From: the human T2T-CHM13v2.0 reference genome, Homo sapiens | Direction: 5' to 3' (one strand) | Assembly: GCF_009914755.1 (NCBI RefSeq) | Contig: NC_060934.1 | Length of the DNA stretch: 64,000 bases | Part shown: positions 12,885 to 28,097 of the stretch, piece by piece | How the letters are laid out: every line of letters starts with the position of its first letter | How positions within the stretch are numbered: position 1 is the stretch's first letter | Program-made: the position numbers and the translations under genes | Notes under the pieces: model-generated | What the model was told of the DNA's origin: nothing | Databases searched by the model: none | The model's input: only the letters and a program-made list of their open reading frames with translations

Positions 12885-14410
12885 AGGTCAAATCCTATTA
12901 GGCACAAGTCGGAGTTACATTTAAAAAAAATTAACAGTCTACAACAACTGTTTTCACAAGAGAATGTAACATATTGCTGTATCGTTTGAGGCTTAATGCT
13001 AAATATGTGCTAAATACTGGATTAATAGATTTCAGTAAAGCTCGTTCGTTTTGTTTGGTTTTCTTTTTACCTAGTTGCTATAGTGTCTACAGTCTATACT
13101 CAATACCTATAAAATGCAGTAAGCATGTGTTACAGAAAGAGGTTCTGGTGGGAGAGAAAGGTGCGTGTGAGACAGGAGAATTGTCTTAAGCATATAAAAC
13201 ATGTATGATTCCAGAATTTTAGTATGTTTTGTATAAAACTATTTTTCATTACGGAGACTAGAAGTGAACAGAGAATTACACAAGTGTGACTATACAAATT
13301 GTAAAACAGATACTATAATATTTCCTTTTATTTTAGTGTTATTTAGCTTTATTACAGATTTCTATTTTTGTCAAAACTTCATGGTTCCTTTCAAGATCTT
13401 TTTTGCCAAAACATTTTGATACTATAGCATTGTACATTTGAAAGTAGTGTTCTAGACTATAAAACCAATGAACTTCTACATGAGCCCTACAGACAGGCAT
13501 GTGTAGAAGGCAATTTATCAAACCTATTGCACTGCCATGAAAAGTGTGTATAATAATTTGCTAGCCCAAGCAAGCTAGTTTTCTTTGCTTGCTTCTTTTC
13601 TTTCTTTTTTCCTTCCTTTTTTTTTTTTTTTTTCTTTTTTAACATGTTGAGATTCTCTAGTTGTTTTCTTTGGCGTATCTAACCCCTTCTTTTGTTTTCT
13701 GAGACCTGGTAACCCACGCTCTTGCATTGTGGATTTTAAAATGTATACTCTGTACGGTTCTGTAAACCGAAAAACTTTTGTAAATATATAAATATACATA
13801 GACATAAAAATACTGTATGTGACAGCACATAGAGTAGTTTTCCCACACCAAAGTTAATTTTTATGCATGCTTTAAAAGTATATATCGGGACCGGCAGAAA
13901 TGGAAGTATCCATACATTTTTAAAAAGCAACAAGTTTGCACAGCTAGAGTGTTTTTGTAAATAAATGTATTTGTATAACACAGTCATGTAATATACAGAA
14001 CTATAAGCAGAGACTTTGCAAAACTAAATAAAGGGCTGCATGCTTATTATTTTTTGTACCTTGTCACTATAACTACTTCCTAGTCAAAGAACGAAATGTA
14101 ACTGTTACCGAGTTAAATGTTTTTCCGCTTTGAGGGATGTAACCACATCCACTCAGAGGACACTACTTTTCTGAAAGCTCTGGGGTGACTAATGATGAGT
14201 TCCTAATAAATTAATTGCAAGTGTGGTGCCTTGGATGTGGCCTGTTGGCTCGCTTTCTTCTCTGTGGCTTATCAAGGTGTAGATGACAGAAAGCAAACCT
14301 GGATACAGAGTTTCCACCCTCAGTTCCTGGAGGGGCTCTTATTATTTTCTCTCTTTTTAAAAAACTTCCAGTAGAAGTAAAGTGGAAATAAAATGTCTTT
14401 ATCACTTGGC
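12885..14410 (+). other. KIAA1217: KIAA1217 3'UTR (long form)
   Basis: AU-rich sequence free of interspersed repeats after the stop; several AATAAA hexamers, the last at 14387-14392 followed by a U-rich tract; an Alu begins at 14505. Confidence 0.8.
14387..14392 (+). terminator. Distal polyadenylation signal of KIAA1217
   Basis: AATAAA followed about 20 nt later by a T-rich downstream element. Confidence 0.7.
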
Positions 14411-14504
14411 TTTTTTTCTTTTGAGTCCTCAACTTAAAAAATTATTGTTGGCCTAGAGGGAAATACGCTTACACCATATGTTTTCATTTGTTAAAATGGG
14501 AAGA

Positions 14505-14833
<329 letters not shown>

Positions 14834-15512
14834 TTAGTGAAAACAATACCAGGATTATGAATTAACCACAGGAACAATCTCAGGAAACTACTTAGATTTT
14901 TCACCTCAGAATGTTTCATTTGGTGATTTCATGTAAAAAGCAAATATTTTTGGAACTCAGTTGTTCAGTGTTTCTGAGTTTCAGGCTTTCTTACTTCAGG
15001 ATGCCTCCGCCAGAAATATTCATATCTCTGTTCATTATGTTAATGGCAGTCCCGTGTTTCAGGTGGCACTTAGGAAAGTATTTAGGGTCCAACATTTCAA
15101 TCATGTCCCATAATCACCTTAATGACATTATATTCATTTATATATAAATATATCTCATAGCTAATTCATGCCAATTTATTTGCTTCTGTTTATGGACAAG
15201 CTGAAAATTCTTTATAAGCAGCAAAACAGCAGATGGTGGGCTCACTTTTTCAGTTTAGCTTCAGGCTTCCCAGAGAGCTCTGACAAGGTCACAGAGGTGA
15301 TGGTAGTTTCAGCCAATGTTGTGAAGGATGGGACATGTTCACCAGGTAAGGGAAAACTCCACACAGTCCCATCCACTGCCCTGAGATCTGACCCAGTGCT
15401 GCCTGCCTCTTCAGGAAACTGGAGGAGAAACTACCATGATTGGAGAAACCAGTCAGGTGTTGCAAAGACTTCCTATCACAGCACAGACCCAGGAGGTGCC
15501 TGTCTAAATTAG

Positions 15513-16422
<910 letters not shown>

Positions 16423-16560
16423 ATAAAAACTCACGATAGCACCTCGGTTCTTTGAATATCTACAGTGAATGATGTTGGGCAGGATGAGCTCAGCTCTTGG
16501 GTTTTCAGATTTTGCTAAACTACACTTAACAGACACTCAGTTAAGACAGTCTCTCTCTCT

Positions 16561-16722
16561 TTTTTTTTCTTTGAAGAGACAAGGTCTTGCTCTGTCCCCG
16601 CAAGCTGGAGTGCAGTGGTACAGTCATACCTCGCTGCAGCCTCAAACTTCGGGGCTCAAGTGATTCCCTTGCCTCGGCCTCTGGAGTAGCTGGGATTATA
16701 AGCATGCACCACCACACCTGCC
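16561..16722 (-). mobile_element. Alu right monomer (FRAM/AluJ), antisense
   Basis: Single arm of reverse Alu consensus. Confidence 0.8.
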
Positions 16723-17048
16723 TGTCTTTTAAGTTCACCATTCAGTTATTCACTGTATCTAAAAAGATTCTTAGAAATAAACCATGTGGCTTCTCAGGTT
16801 TATTCAACGATCAGTCCATCCAGCCCTCACTGAGCATCTTCTGCACGTAGCATGGGATGAGGAAGGCATCTGGCCCACGGCATCAGTGCTGCTTTCTGGT
16901 TGTGCCACCTTGGGTGTGTTTTGGCTTCTTCACCTGTTCATGGAGAATAATAGCACCTACTAAAAAGGATCATTGGGAGGATTAAATACGATGTATACAA
17001 AATTCTGAAGACAGAGTCAAACATACGGAGCACTCAAAAGTTAATGAG

Positions 17049-17344
<296 letters not shown>

Positions 17345-19289
17345 TTAATGATGATGATTATTACTGCTGCGGTGACAGCTGGAACCAGTTCTGCCCTTGA
17401 GAGGCATCAGTCTAGTTGGGGAAAGCGTGGCACACATACCGGGGAGATCAAGTCACAGTTGATGCAGGTGGGGGAGTGCGAGCAGTCCTGGCAGTTGGCT
17501 ACAGGAGTGCAGAGCAACGGGCTTGTCTGGTGCTTCACAGAAGTGGTGGCACCTGGCACTGACAGGTATAATACAGAACTTATAATAGCGTTACAGCATT
17601 TTTAAAGAAGCTGGTTTTCTTTTAATGCTACTTGTGACTGGATTTTTTTCCAAAGTAAAATAGACATTTACACAGATGGAGAAAAGCCAAGGCCCTGGGA
17701 ATCATGGCTCAGAATTATGGTTCTTTTGTGAAGTCACATGTGCAGGCTTGGGAGAAGGTGCTCCCAGGTCACCCCAACCCATATTCCTCAGATGATGCTC
17801 ATTCCTGGGCTTGAGTGCAAGGGGCCAGACCCATGGGGTAAGAGGGACACATCCACTGGGTGCTGAGAGCAGGTCTGGCCACTCCCCTCCCCGCAGGCCA
17901 CATTTAAAACATAAACCTGGGCCTCTTCCTGAATGCCCCACCTTGTAATTCTAGCTAAGGTCCTCCCCACCTCCAAGGCTCAGTAAATGCAAAGGCATTT
18001 CAGAGCAAGCAGGAAATTTTTTGGAGGAAGTAGAGGAATGACAGCTGCTTCAACTGAAAATTCAAAAGGTAATTTTGCAAAAGAGGCCAGCTGACGTTGT
18101 CCAGGAAAACATAGCCCTGGCATCGGGCAACCACTCATTCTTTGATCTATGCTCCTAAGAAGGTAATGTCCGAAAGAATAACCCGAAAAGCACCTCTGAG
18201 AAGAGAGTCCCAGGCCCTCCCAAGGTGCATGTCCATCTAGCTCCAAGTCAGGTGCCCACCTTAGAAGCAAATGTTCGCCCTGATGGAACGAGGAAGGTTA
18301 AGTTATGCTCACCACTCTCTGCCAAGAAGGCAGGAGAGCTTACAGTGCATGCCTTCGATTTGCACAAAATGCTTAATATTTTAATTGCCCAACGTATTGG
18401 GTGGTCCTTAATCCTTGTGTCTGTGAACACATCAGCAATAACTGCCATCTGTTGCCTATTATGGGCCACGTAGAATGCTAAGGTGTTTTGCATCTATTGT
18501 CTTTTAATCCTCACAAACACTGAAAAAGTTCCTGTAATTTATCCCTCCCCCACTTCACTGCAGGACACTGAGAACAGGCAAGAGGTGACAAGTGCAGTAT
18601 GCACCTCTGGGCACTCGCCATCCTGCTTGCGGTGGGGGCTGCTCAGGTTGCCCCTTTGAAAGAAGGTGGCTTTAAGGGGAGGTTTTTCATTCCTGGATCA
18701 GACGAATGAGCACAATGCAGAAAATTATCCATTTGTGGGATTATTAGATTGCAAATTTTGGTTGCCTCACCTTCAAAAGATGCGTAGGTAGAGACCCCTT
18801 CCACTTAAAAGGCTAATGTTCTCATCTAGTATTATTGTTGGAAAGGCGGTGAATCTGGATTGGAACCTGGGATAGGTACTCCTCTTCCCCTAAGCCCCAA
18901 GTGGTCAACTACAACTCTAGGGCCCTGAGCTGGGACTGCAGGGAAGGCTTCACCTGCCAGAAAGACCACACCCCAGACAAGCCAAGCCAAGCCCAGCCTA
19001 GGTCCTACCCGTACCAGGCCCCACCTCCTCCTGGCCTTGCCACGCCCCTCCAGGTACTGCCTCAACCTGCCTCAGCTAAGCCACGCCCCACCTTTCTGGT
19101 CACACCCCTCGAGGCCTCACCGCGCCCCTCCTGCTGGTGCCTTCGGGAACTTCAGCTGCTGGAGACCAGGGTAAGCGGCCCCCAAGTGCCTCCTAAAAGG
19201 GTTTTCTCGAAGTTCGGCTTCTCGGCAGGGACTTGTGAGTAGGCACCTCAGCCTCTCAGAGTGATCCTTTGAAATTCAAGGATAAGTCT

Positions 19290-19910
19290 CAATTCCAATG
19301 GATCCAAGCCCCCTTTTAGTTACAAATGTTTTGTACGAGATGAAATTCCTTATGACATCTCCTACCTACTCGCCTTGTTTCAAAAATAAAATACAATGTC
19401 CTAGTGGCACTATAACAAAGGTATAATTATTACCGTGCCATGCACGCACCCATCAGCAGAATTCACTTTCAGAGACGAGTCGTACCGGGGACTCGAACGC
19501 TGTGAATGGCTGGTAATGTGACTTTTCCCAAATAGCGAATGACTTGGTTGAAAGCTTTGAACAAAGCAGAATACGACTCTCCCTCACTTTACACGTTCCT
19601 GAAAAATTTTATTGCACATTTTGAGGCTGCAAAAGTGTTTAAATATAAAATAAAATTGGCCTCTACACTCGGATCATTATAAGCAGGGTTTTTCCTTACG
19701 CATATGTCCAGTGGGACGTGACCAGGTCGTGCTGGGGGTGGGGGACAGTTTTTCCTGGGCAGCTGACTGTAGGACATCCCGATTCAGCATCCCTGACCCC
19801 TACACACTAAATGCCAGTTTTGCCTCTAACATTGGGACAACCAGAAAACTCTCCACAAATACCCAAAACTGCCTTTCAAGGGCAGCATTGCTGTGACTCA
19901 GAACCACTGG
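19290..19910. mobile_element. MER20B-like hAT-Charlie DNA transposon remnant
   Basis: 3' part resembles MER20 (gactgtaggaca..agcatccctg..ccactaaatgccagt..gacaacca..agaaccactg); family by recall. Confidence 0.45.
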
Positions 19911-20154
19911 CACAGAGTAATGAACAGGGGCCTCATTGTTGAGTCGGGACAAACCCTGAGGGCATAAGGACCCAACAGGGAATCTTCAAAGTACCCAGCC
20001 CAGTGACCCCTCCCTGTGTAAGAACAGCCCTTAGGTACACATGGAGAGCCGGGGGTGCCTCAGTGACCTGCCACTCCCGGGGGATTTTCAGGAAGCCCAT
20101 ACTGGTATTAGCATTTCTGTTCTTTTCCTTCATGCCTGGAAGACCAAATGGTTA

Positions 20155-20468
<314 letters not shown>

Positions 20469-20754
20469 ACATGAAAGGAATCCAATCTCTAAGCAATTGG
20501 CAGGAGGGAAAGAAGAGAACATCTTGGAACGATGAGTGGGAATGGATGTCTTAGGGTAGAGTGCTGGAGCCCTGGGCTTAGCAAGATGGAACTTGGTACC
20601 AGGAACTTAGAACCAGGGCCCTAGCCTGCCACAGACACCATCTCCTTTCTGACTTAAACGTGAAAACCTTGGGAACAGGTGATCAGTGGGGGACACCCCT
20701 GCAGGGGAGGAACCCAAGAAAGCTGGACCCTGTACTGGGGATAGGCTCGGCTGC

Positions 20755-20935
20755 TGTTCCAGCTTCTCAAACCCGTCTGCACAATGCAATCCTCGAAAAA
20801 GCTTTCAAAATGCTGCCGCCTGGGCCCTGCCCACAGATTCTCATTCAAGTGCTCAGAGGTGCTGCCTCAACAAACGGAGGCTTTTAAAATACCCCCAGGT
20901 GATTCTCATGGGAAGCCAAGGCTGAGAACCACAGT
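20755..20935. mobile_element. MER5A/MER5B-like DNA transposon
   Basis: ttctcaaac...gcctgggccc..cagattct..ccccaggtgattct..gagaaccac. Confidence 0.65.
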
Positions 20936-22394
20936 GTCAATCTAGAAAGGTGGAGGCCCAGGCGTAGTGAGAAGGTGCTGTTCCTTAAAAATAAAGGTGA
21001 CTGTTACCAACCACAGGAGATCCGCGCCTGAAAAAGTACAGCTCAGCCACCACTTCTGGATTTTTTTGAAAACTTTCCAACTGTTTTTAAAATAAATAGT
21101 TGAAATGTATGGACTTAATTTTTGTCCTCTAGGTAGTGTCAGTTGGGGCATTTTAGAGTCTGGCTTTGCGTTTTGATACTTCCAAACTGCAGGGACCTTC
21201 CAGTGTTGGCTAAGTCTGGAGCTTGTTTTATTTGCCAGGAGCTAATGTGTATACGAGTGCCCTTGAACTGGGAGTAATTTAGGGATTAGATTTCAGGAAA
21301 GTACAGACATAGCCCTTTCCTTAGCCTCTGGAAATTCTAGTAGTCCCAAAAATGGTTCCTAATACTTGGCTGAATGAGACATTTCATGCACGTTTGTTAC
21401 AGAGGTTCTATTAATAATGCATATCGTTTTAGTGATGTATTTCAAATGTTTCTCCAGGCTTCTATTGGACATAGTGTCAATAGGTAAAGCCAAAAATTAG
21501 AAGTGCAGAGCCATTCTTTGAAGGAGAGAGATTCCGGGAGGGTGGCTCATGCAGCTGTGATTTGGGATCTGAGGATAGGGCAGGAGAGTGAGGAAACGGA
21601 TACTCGTGGTCCCAGCAGAGGAACCCTGGGCAGGAGAGAGCCCATCCCAGACTTCAGCCTTGCGAGGCAAGACCCCGGAGGGTGGCATGGAGGTTCCCTG
21701 CCCATCAGGTTAAAAACATAAGCAGCACCAGGCCCAAACCAACAGGTCCCCTCTCCTCTCCAATTGCCCTCAGTGTGTCCCTCACTGCTCAGAGGTTTTG
21801 CACTTTCAGTGAGACCCTCCCCAACACCACCAACATCCACCCCGCGCGTAATCCTGCCCATCAGCATGTAGACAGGTTGCTTCTGCTGCTTCACCACCCT
21901 CAGCCCTTCCTCAGTTTCTCTATGTTGTATGCATGCCTGGTCTTCACACCCTGCTTCTCCCACTTCTCCTGGTTCTTGAATCACCGTGAAACGATCACCT
22001 CTAGTGTTACCTACATCTCCGTATCTCCATACCTAGGACACACTTTTATTCTTTGTCTTTGGCTTTATTTAAAGCCTTTACCTACAAGTATTCTATTTGA
22101 AACAAATGAGATGAAAGCCCCTTTCTATGGATGAAGGACAGTAGGGACCAACCTTGTATCATTACCAGTCAACACCTCTGCCAGGCAACAGGAACACAGA
22201 TGATCCCCAATGTTGGGAAGCGACAGTTGAGCCGTCCTGTCTGCAGAAGATATTAAGTCCTTCTCTGCAGCATGTTGATTGGATCACACTTTGTTTGAGC
22301 CGGCATTAAAAGTGGTATCCAGGACTGCTCCATAAAGAGATTGGATCTAAGATAGCACATTGGACCGATTTAGGATTGCAGATGGATTAGAGAT

Positions 22395-22790
22395 TGTATT
22401 AGTCCATTCTGGAATTGCTAAAGAACTAACTACCTGAGACTGGGTAGTTTACAAAGAAAAGGTTTCACTGACTCGCAGTTCCACAGGCTGTACAGGAGGC
22501 ATGGCTAGGGAGGCCCCAGGAAACTTACAATCATGGCAGAAGGCGAAGGGGAAGCAGGCACGTCATACGTGGCGGGAGCAGGAAGAAGAGAAAGCAAAGG
22601 GAGAAGTGCTACACACTTTTAAACAACCAAATCTTGTGAGAATTCTATCATGAGACAGCACTGGGGGGTGGCACTAAACGATTAGAAACCACCTCTGTGA
22701 TCCAATCAGCTCCCACAGGGCCCACTTCTGACATTGGGGATTACAATTCAACATGAGATTTGGGTGGGGACACAGAGCCAAACCATATCG
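22395..22790 (-). mobile_element. MaLR solo LTR (MSTA/THE1-type)
   Basis: tgtattagtccatt...acttacaatcatggcagaaggc...gagatttgggtggggacacagagccaaaccatatc; 5-bp TSD gagat/gagac. Confidence 0.88.
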
Positions 22791-23863
22791 GAGACCTAAG
22801 ATTTCTTAGATCTGTAAGGAAGCCAGAATTTGTCTTTGACCTGTTTGGTCTCCTCCCTTGAGTGTTATCTCCTTTGTGGTTTTGAGCTCATCTGACCACA
22901 CACACCAGGGTCTGAGTCTGGGGCCTCAGCCGCCTCCTTCCTCATATCCCTGGTGTCCTCTGGGCTGGAAAAGGAGGTCTCTACTCCTTTCTGAGAAGTG
23001 CTTTTTTTCACCTGACATCAACTCTAGGAAGCTAAGCCAAGAAGGCTTAGCTGAGCTGTTTGATTCTCAAACAGTTGGCTAACTTACTTGGAAATGGAGT
23101 CAGGGAAGAAGATGTTCAGGAATAACTAGATCATTGTACAGTGATTGCAGCTGCACATTCTTCAGTCTCACAAATGAATAGAATCCATTGCACAGCAGAA
23201 GTTGCCCTGCCAGGCCTAGCACACTTTCCCCCTCCTGCAAAAAGAATGTCCGCTCACTGAGTGACTCCAGAGAAAGGGGCCCTGACCTCTTCCTGCCCCT
23301 TCTGTCTAAAATCCCTCAAAGGAGACACTCCCAAGGTCAAGCGTGGCATCCCTGCCCCACGGAATCTGGCGTCTCCCTATCTTTCAGTGGGCGCCTCGCC
23401 CACCTACCCGCGGCTCCCTCTGGCCCAGCCACCCTGTTCTTTGGTCTGCTCCTCCTCAAGCCCCAGCCACAAGCTGCTTCCTGTGCCTGGAATGTTCACC
23501 CCACCACTTCCTCATCCTGATCTCAGCTCACACGCTGCTCACTCCAGGAAACCTGGATCTCACCCTCTATGAGTTCACCCTCCTTCACAGCACTTAGTGG
23601 AAACTAAAGCAGACAGTGGGGGTGAGTGGTGGTCAGTAAATTATTAAGTGCAGGAATCAATGTCTGTATTACACACAGAGGACCCCAAGGCAGGACCTGC
23701 CAAAAGTCAGGTAGGTTCATATTCTTCTGTGGGGTGCAGGCTGGGGGACGAGGTATGAGGGGCACGTAGTTCCTACTGTTCACACCATCCACATTTAACA
23801 CTCTTTAAGACTTGAGATTGAAGACTCCTTTAAGAGGCTGCATCTCAGGAAAATACTGTTCAC

Positions 23864-23883
23864 CTCCTGCCATCTGGTGGTCA
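23864..23883 (-). promoter_or_regulatory. CTCF-binding motif
   Basis: Minus strand TGACCACCAGATGGCAGGA matches the core consensus CCASYAGRKGGCRS with no mismatch. Confidence 0.6.
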
Positions 23884-23966
23884 TCTGGAACTTGTGCACC
23901 TCGTTGAATTTCTCAACTTTATCTCAGTTTTTGCTGCAGCTGTATTATATAGTTTCAAATAGCTAG

Positions 23967-24266
<300 letters not shown>

Positions 24267-24349
24267 AGAAGGAGGATATTGAACGTTCCTAACACAAACG
24301 AGAAATGTCGAAGATGATGGATATGTTAATCACCTGGATCTGATCATTA

Positions 24350-24778
24350 TACCATATATATATATATATATATATATATGGTATACCATATACCATATAT
24401 ACACACATATATAATATGGTATACCATATATCATATATATACACACACATAGGGGTGGTTTATATATATATACATAGGGATGGTATACCATATACCATAT
24501 ATATACATATATACATATATACACATATATACATATATATACATGGTATACCATATACCATATATATACATAGGGATGGTATACCATATACCATATATAT
24601 ACATAGGGGTGGTATACCATATACCATATATATATACACACACATAGGGATGGTTTGATATATATATGTATATATATGGTATATATATATATGGTATGCC
24701 ATATATATATATACCATATATATACATATATATATATACCATATATATACATATATATATATCAAACCATCCCTATGT
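24350..24778. repeat. AT-rich (TA/TACCA) complex repeat with internal inverted segments, inside an L1MA 3'UTR remnant (about 23940-24820)
   Basis: ggtataccatat and catagggatggt units; flanks match the L1 3' end (gatcattat...atcaaac..atgtacccc..caattaaaa). Confidence 0.88.
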
Positions 24779-25275
24779 ACCCCTTGAGTATATATAATTA
24801 TTTGCCAATTAAAAGTTTTTAAATGTAAATGTACCAGCCATATGCAGCTGTAGCCCCGAATGAAAACGTGAGGCAGTTGGCATTTGTCCTCAGCTTGGGG
24901 CTTCTTTTCAGAACTCCTCTGTGCCTTCCATCGTTTCTATCTTTGGGGGAAGTGATAAACTGAGATACCAGAAAACTGATGTTCCTTTCCAAGCATGTTA
25001 GGGCAATAGGAAGAGGGCAACAATTTAATCAAAGGATCAAGTGTCCGGTGGTGGAATGCCAAGTGTCAGAGGGCAGATCCAAAGTAGAATTTTCTGGGAA
25101 TTCAAACTCCATGGGGCAGGAATGGGAATCCCCGGGAGGCGGTCTGCTGACCATGAGTTTGCTGTTCTTTCATTTCCACATTTTGGAATTTCTGGAGGAA
25201 GTCTTGCTGTCCACCGCAGGGCTGAAGGAGCTAGAAGCTGTAAGTGTGTGGATTAAAAAGTATGTGGATTAAAAA

Positions 25276-25527
25276 GCACTATTTGGGAGGCCAAGGCAGG
25301 AGGATCACTTGAGCACAGGAATACGAGGCCAGCCTGAACAACGTAGCGAGACATCGTCTCTATAAAAAAAAGAAAATGGTGGTGTGTGCCTGTAGTCCCA
25401 ATTACTCAGGAGGCTGAGGCTGGAGGATCACTTGAGCCCAGAAAGTGGAGGCTGTGGTGAGCCCTGATCGCACCATTGCACACCAGCCTGGGCAACAGAG
25501 TGAGACCCTGTCTCTAAAGGAAAAAAA
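25276..25527 (+). mobile_element. Alu (AluJ-type), 5'-truncated
   Basis: Alu consensus. Confidence 0.88.
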
Positions 25528-26132
25528 TGTATGAACTGGGGAAGGTCCTTACTCAGGTAAGCTAACCAAAGCAATGGTTCAATTCAGAAAAGGTAGTTAG
25601 GAGTAGATGATGGTGTATTTTATCAAAATCTGAACAAACGTCGGCAGGCAGAACCTACTGGGCGTGTTCCATCTCTTAGCTTGCACGTTGTGTTTCTAGT
25701 TGAGCACCTATGACTGCATTAAATTCTGAGTAGCAGCTGCCGATGGTTCACTTGATAAAGGCTGTCATCAAAAGCCCCTGAGCCTCTTCCACCTGTGCAA
25801 AAGCTAAGCCATGTAGCCACTGTTCTATACTTGTGCAATTGCTATTTTGGACTCAGACAAATTTATATATATATCCCTGTCCCTGTCACATTTCCACCTG
25901 TTTGATTCAACCGACCATTCCATGTGCATTTAAATAAAATCCAAAATTTTTCTAGGGCCTGCAGGCTCTGTCAACATCTCCAACTTCACCTGCTATTCCA
26001 CAATAACGTTTTGCCTGATGAATAAGCAAAGACATTACCTGTGGATCAGTAACTCTCAGCTTGTGGGTAACCCTTATTCTCTCCCAATGCCATAGGATGG
26101 TTGGGGGAGCTATGTAGAATTTTCTTTCGTCT

Positions 26133-26418
26133 CTTTTTTTTTTAGAGACAGGGTCTTGTTCTGTCACCCAGGCTGGAGTGCAGTAGAATGACCATAGCTT
26201 ACTGCAACCTCAAACTCCTGGACTCAAGTGATCTTCTTTCCTCAGCCTCCCAAGTAGCTGGGACTATACAGGCACACTAAGTTTTATTATTATTATTTGT
26301 AGAGACAGGGTCTCACTATATTTCCCAGGCTTGTCTCGGATTCCTGGGGTCAAGCAGTCTTCCCTCCTCAGCCTCCCAAAGTGCTGGGATTACAGACATG
26401 AGCCACCTCATGCAGCCC
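26133..26418 (-). mobile_element. Alu (AluJ-type), antisense
   Basis: Reverse Alu consensus. Confidence 0.88.
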
Positions 26419-26657
26419 TGGAATTTTCATCTCTAACAGAGAGTCACATGCTACCAAAGAAGGTAGCGCTGCTTGGGGGTCTGTTTGAATTTCTACTGTC
26501 AGTTCTTCCCAAGTCCAGGCTCTCAGACATTGGCACTATGTGAAGGCCTGGGCCTGGGGTGGTGGTATTTCGGATGGGCTCTGAGTTCTCTGTGGCCTCT
26601 GTTGATTTCCCCCAGCAGAACTGATGCCTTAAACTTCTGGAGACCACAGCTCTACCT

Positions 26658-26872
26658 TGGAGGTTCTTAACCTGATGTGATTTTGCACCCCCCACCACCC
26701 CCAGGGGACATTTTGACAGTGTCTGAGATGTTTTTGGTTCTCGCAGCTAGGGTGATGGTGTGCTACCAATATCTAGTCCGTAGAGCCCAGAGGTGCTGCA
26801 AGGCAGCCCCCACCCCCACAATAGGGAATGATCTGGCTCAATGTATCAGGTGTGCCCAGGCTGAGCAGCTCT
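26658..26872. mobile_element. MER20 DNA transposon
   Basis: gattttgcacccc..ggggacatttt..gtctgaga..tttttggtt..atctag..gtagag..tgctgc..gctgag. Confidence 0.75.
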
Positions 26873-27124
26873 GCCTTAATTCCACACCTTATTTGTTGGG
26901 TGTTTATATCTCTTTCACTCAGATCCCTGTGAGGACAGGGATGGGGTTTGACCACTTCTGTTCTTGGCCCATGGAAGATGCCAGTGAGTGAGTAGGTGGT
27001 GTCATGTTTTATACTCAAAAGCCATTCTCTTTTAAATAAGTCCTACACTGGCAGCTGACTCTGACATAGGGTGACCTCAGTTGGGGAAAAAGGAAATGGA
27101 GCATCCCATTCCTCATTTGCAAGT

Positions 27125-27188
27125 GGCCACCTTTCTCTCTTTTCCCTCCCTCTTTTCCTCCCTCTTTTCCCTCCCTCTTTTCTGCTCC
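27125..27188 (+). repeat. Polypyrimidine (CCCTCTTTT-like) tract
   Basis: ctcttttccctccctcttttcctccctcttttccctccctctttt. Confidence 0.8.
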
Positions 27189-28097
27189 CATGTTTCGCCT
27201 CTGCAAACTTTTGCCCTTCCATGTTTGCTTTAATATAAGTTGCCCTGTTACAAGCAGAGTCAGAATTTCAGCCATCACAGGGTGCAGAGTCCTGTCCTCA
27301 CATCCCAGTACTCAGAATGGGAATAGGAGGCAAACCCATGGCTCTTCACTGTAGCCACTATGAGAATTAACTGTGGGCTTTAAAAGCTCATCGGCCCCCG
27401 GTTAGAAGTTGCCCAGGATTCTGAAGCTCAGCTGGGATGGGGAGCTGTTGGGGTGACAAGGGGCTGCTCTGCACAGCTCTGCCTGGCTTTGCTGTGGGAC
27501 AACAGCATCAGGCTGGAGCAAGTGGCCCGAGGAAAGAGGTCTCAAACCTATCAGCATCATGGCCCCTTGGAGAATCAACTGAAAGCAATGGGCCCTCTCC
27601 TGAGGCCTGTTCACAGTTTTGACCATATTCCAGGTCCCTGAGCTAAGAATCCCTGATTTTTGTTTCTAAGTGGCCCCCCAGATTTGGGAGTAGATGGCAT
27701 CAGGGGAGACAGTGGAGAGCCAGTAGCTTGCCTCCTCCTGCATCCCCAGAAGAGCTCCTGCCTGCTATGTGCTCATGTCTCTTCCTTCCCACCACCTATT
27801 AGTGTGCACTGACCTTGGAAGAAAATCAGGGCAGCCCTCAGCCTCCCCACTGGTTGCTTTATCTTAGCAGGATCATGATTACTAGTTCCAAGACGACCCA
27901 GATGATAAGTTACTGTGAAGACAGACTTCCATATGACTGACTTAGTTGTATTTTTTTATTTTTTTTAAATACTCCGTGGTTACTTTGATTAGAAGGAATA
28001 TCTTCTGTGTATCCTAGGTCCCAAACATGCATAAGTCAGTTTTCTCTTGTGCAAATATATCTTTCAGGTTATTTACCTGTTTTTAAAGAATGACAGT

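Noticed and set aside
21547-22134. Overlapping 145-150 aa intergenic ORFs
   Set aside because: No domain resemblance or splice support; expected by chance in GC-richer DNA
24330-24765. Tyr/Ile-rich ORFs on both strands
   Set aside because: Artefacts of the TA-rich repeat
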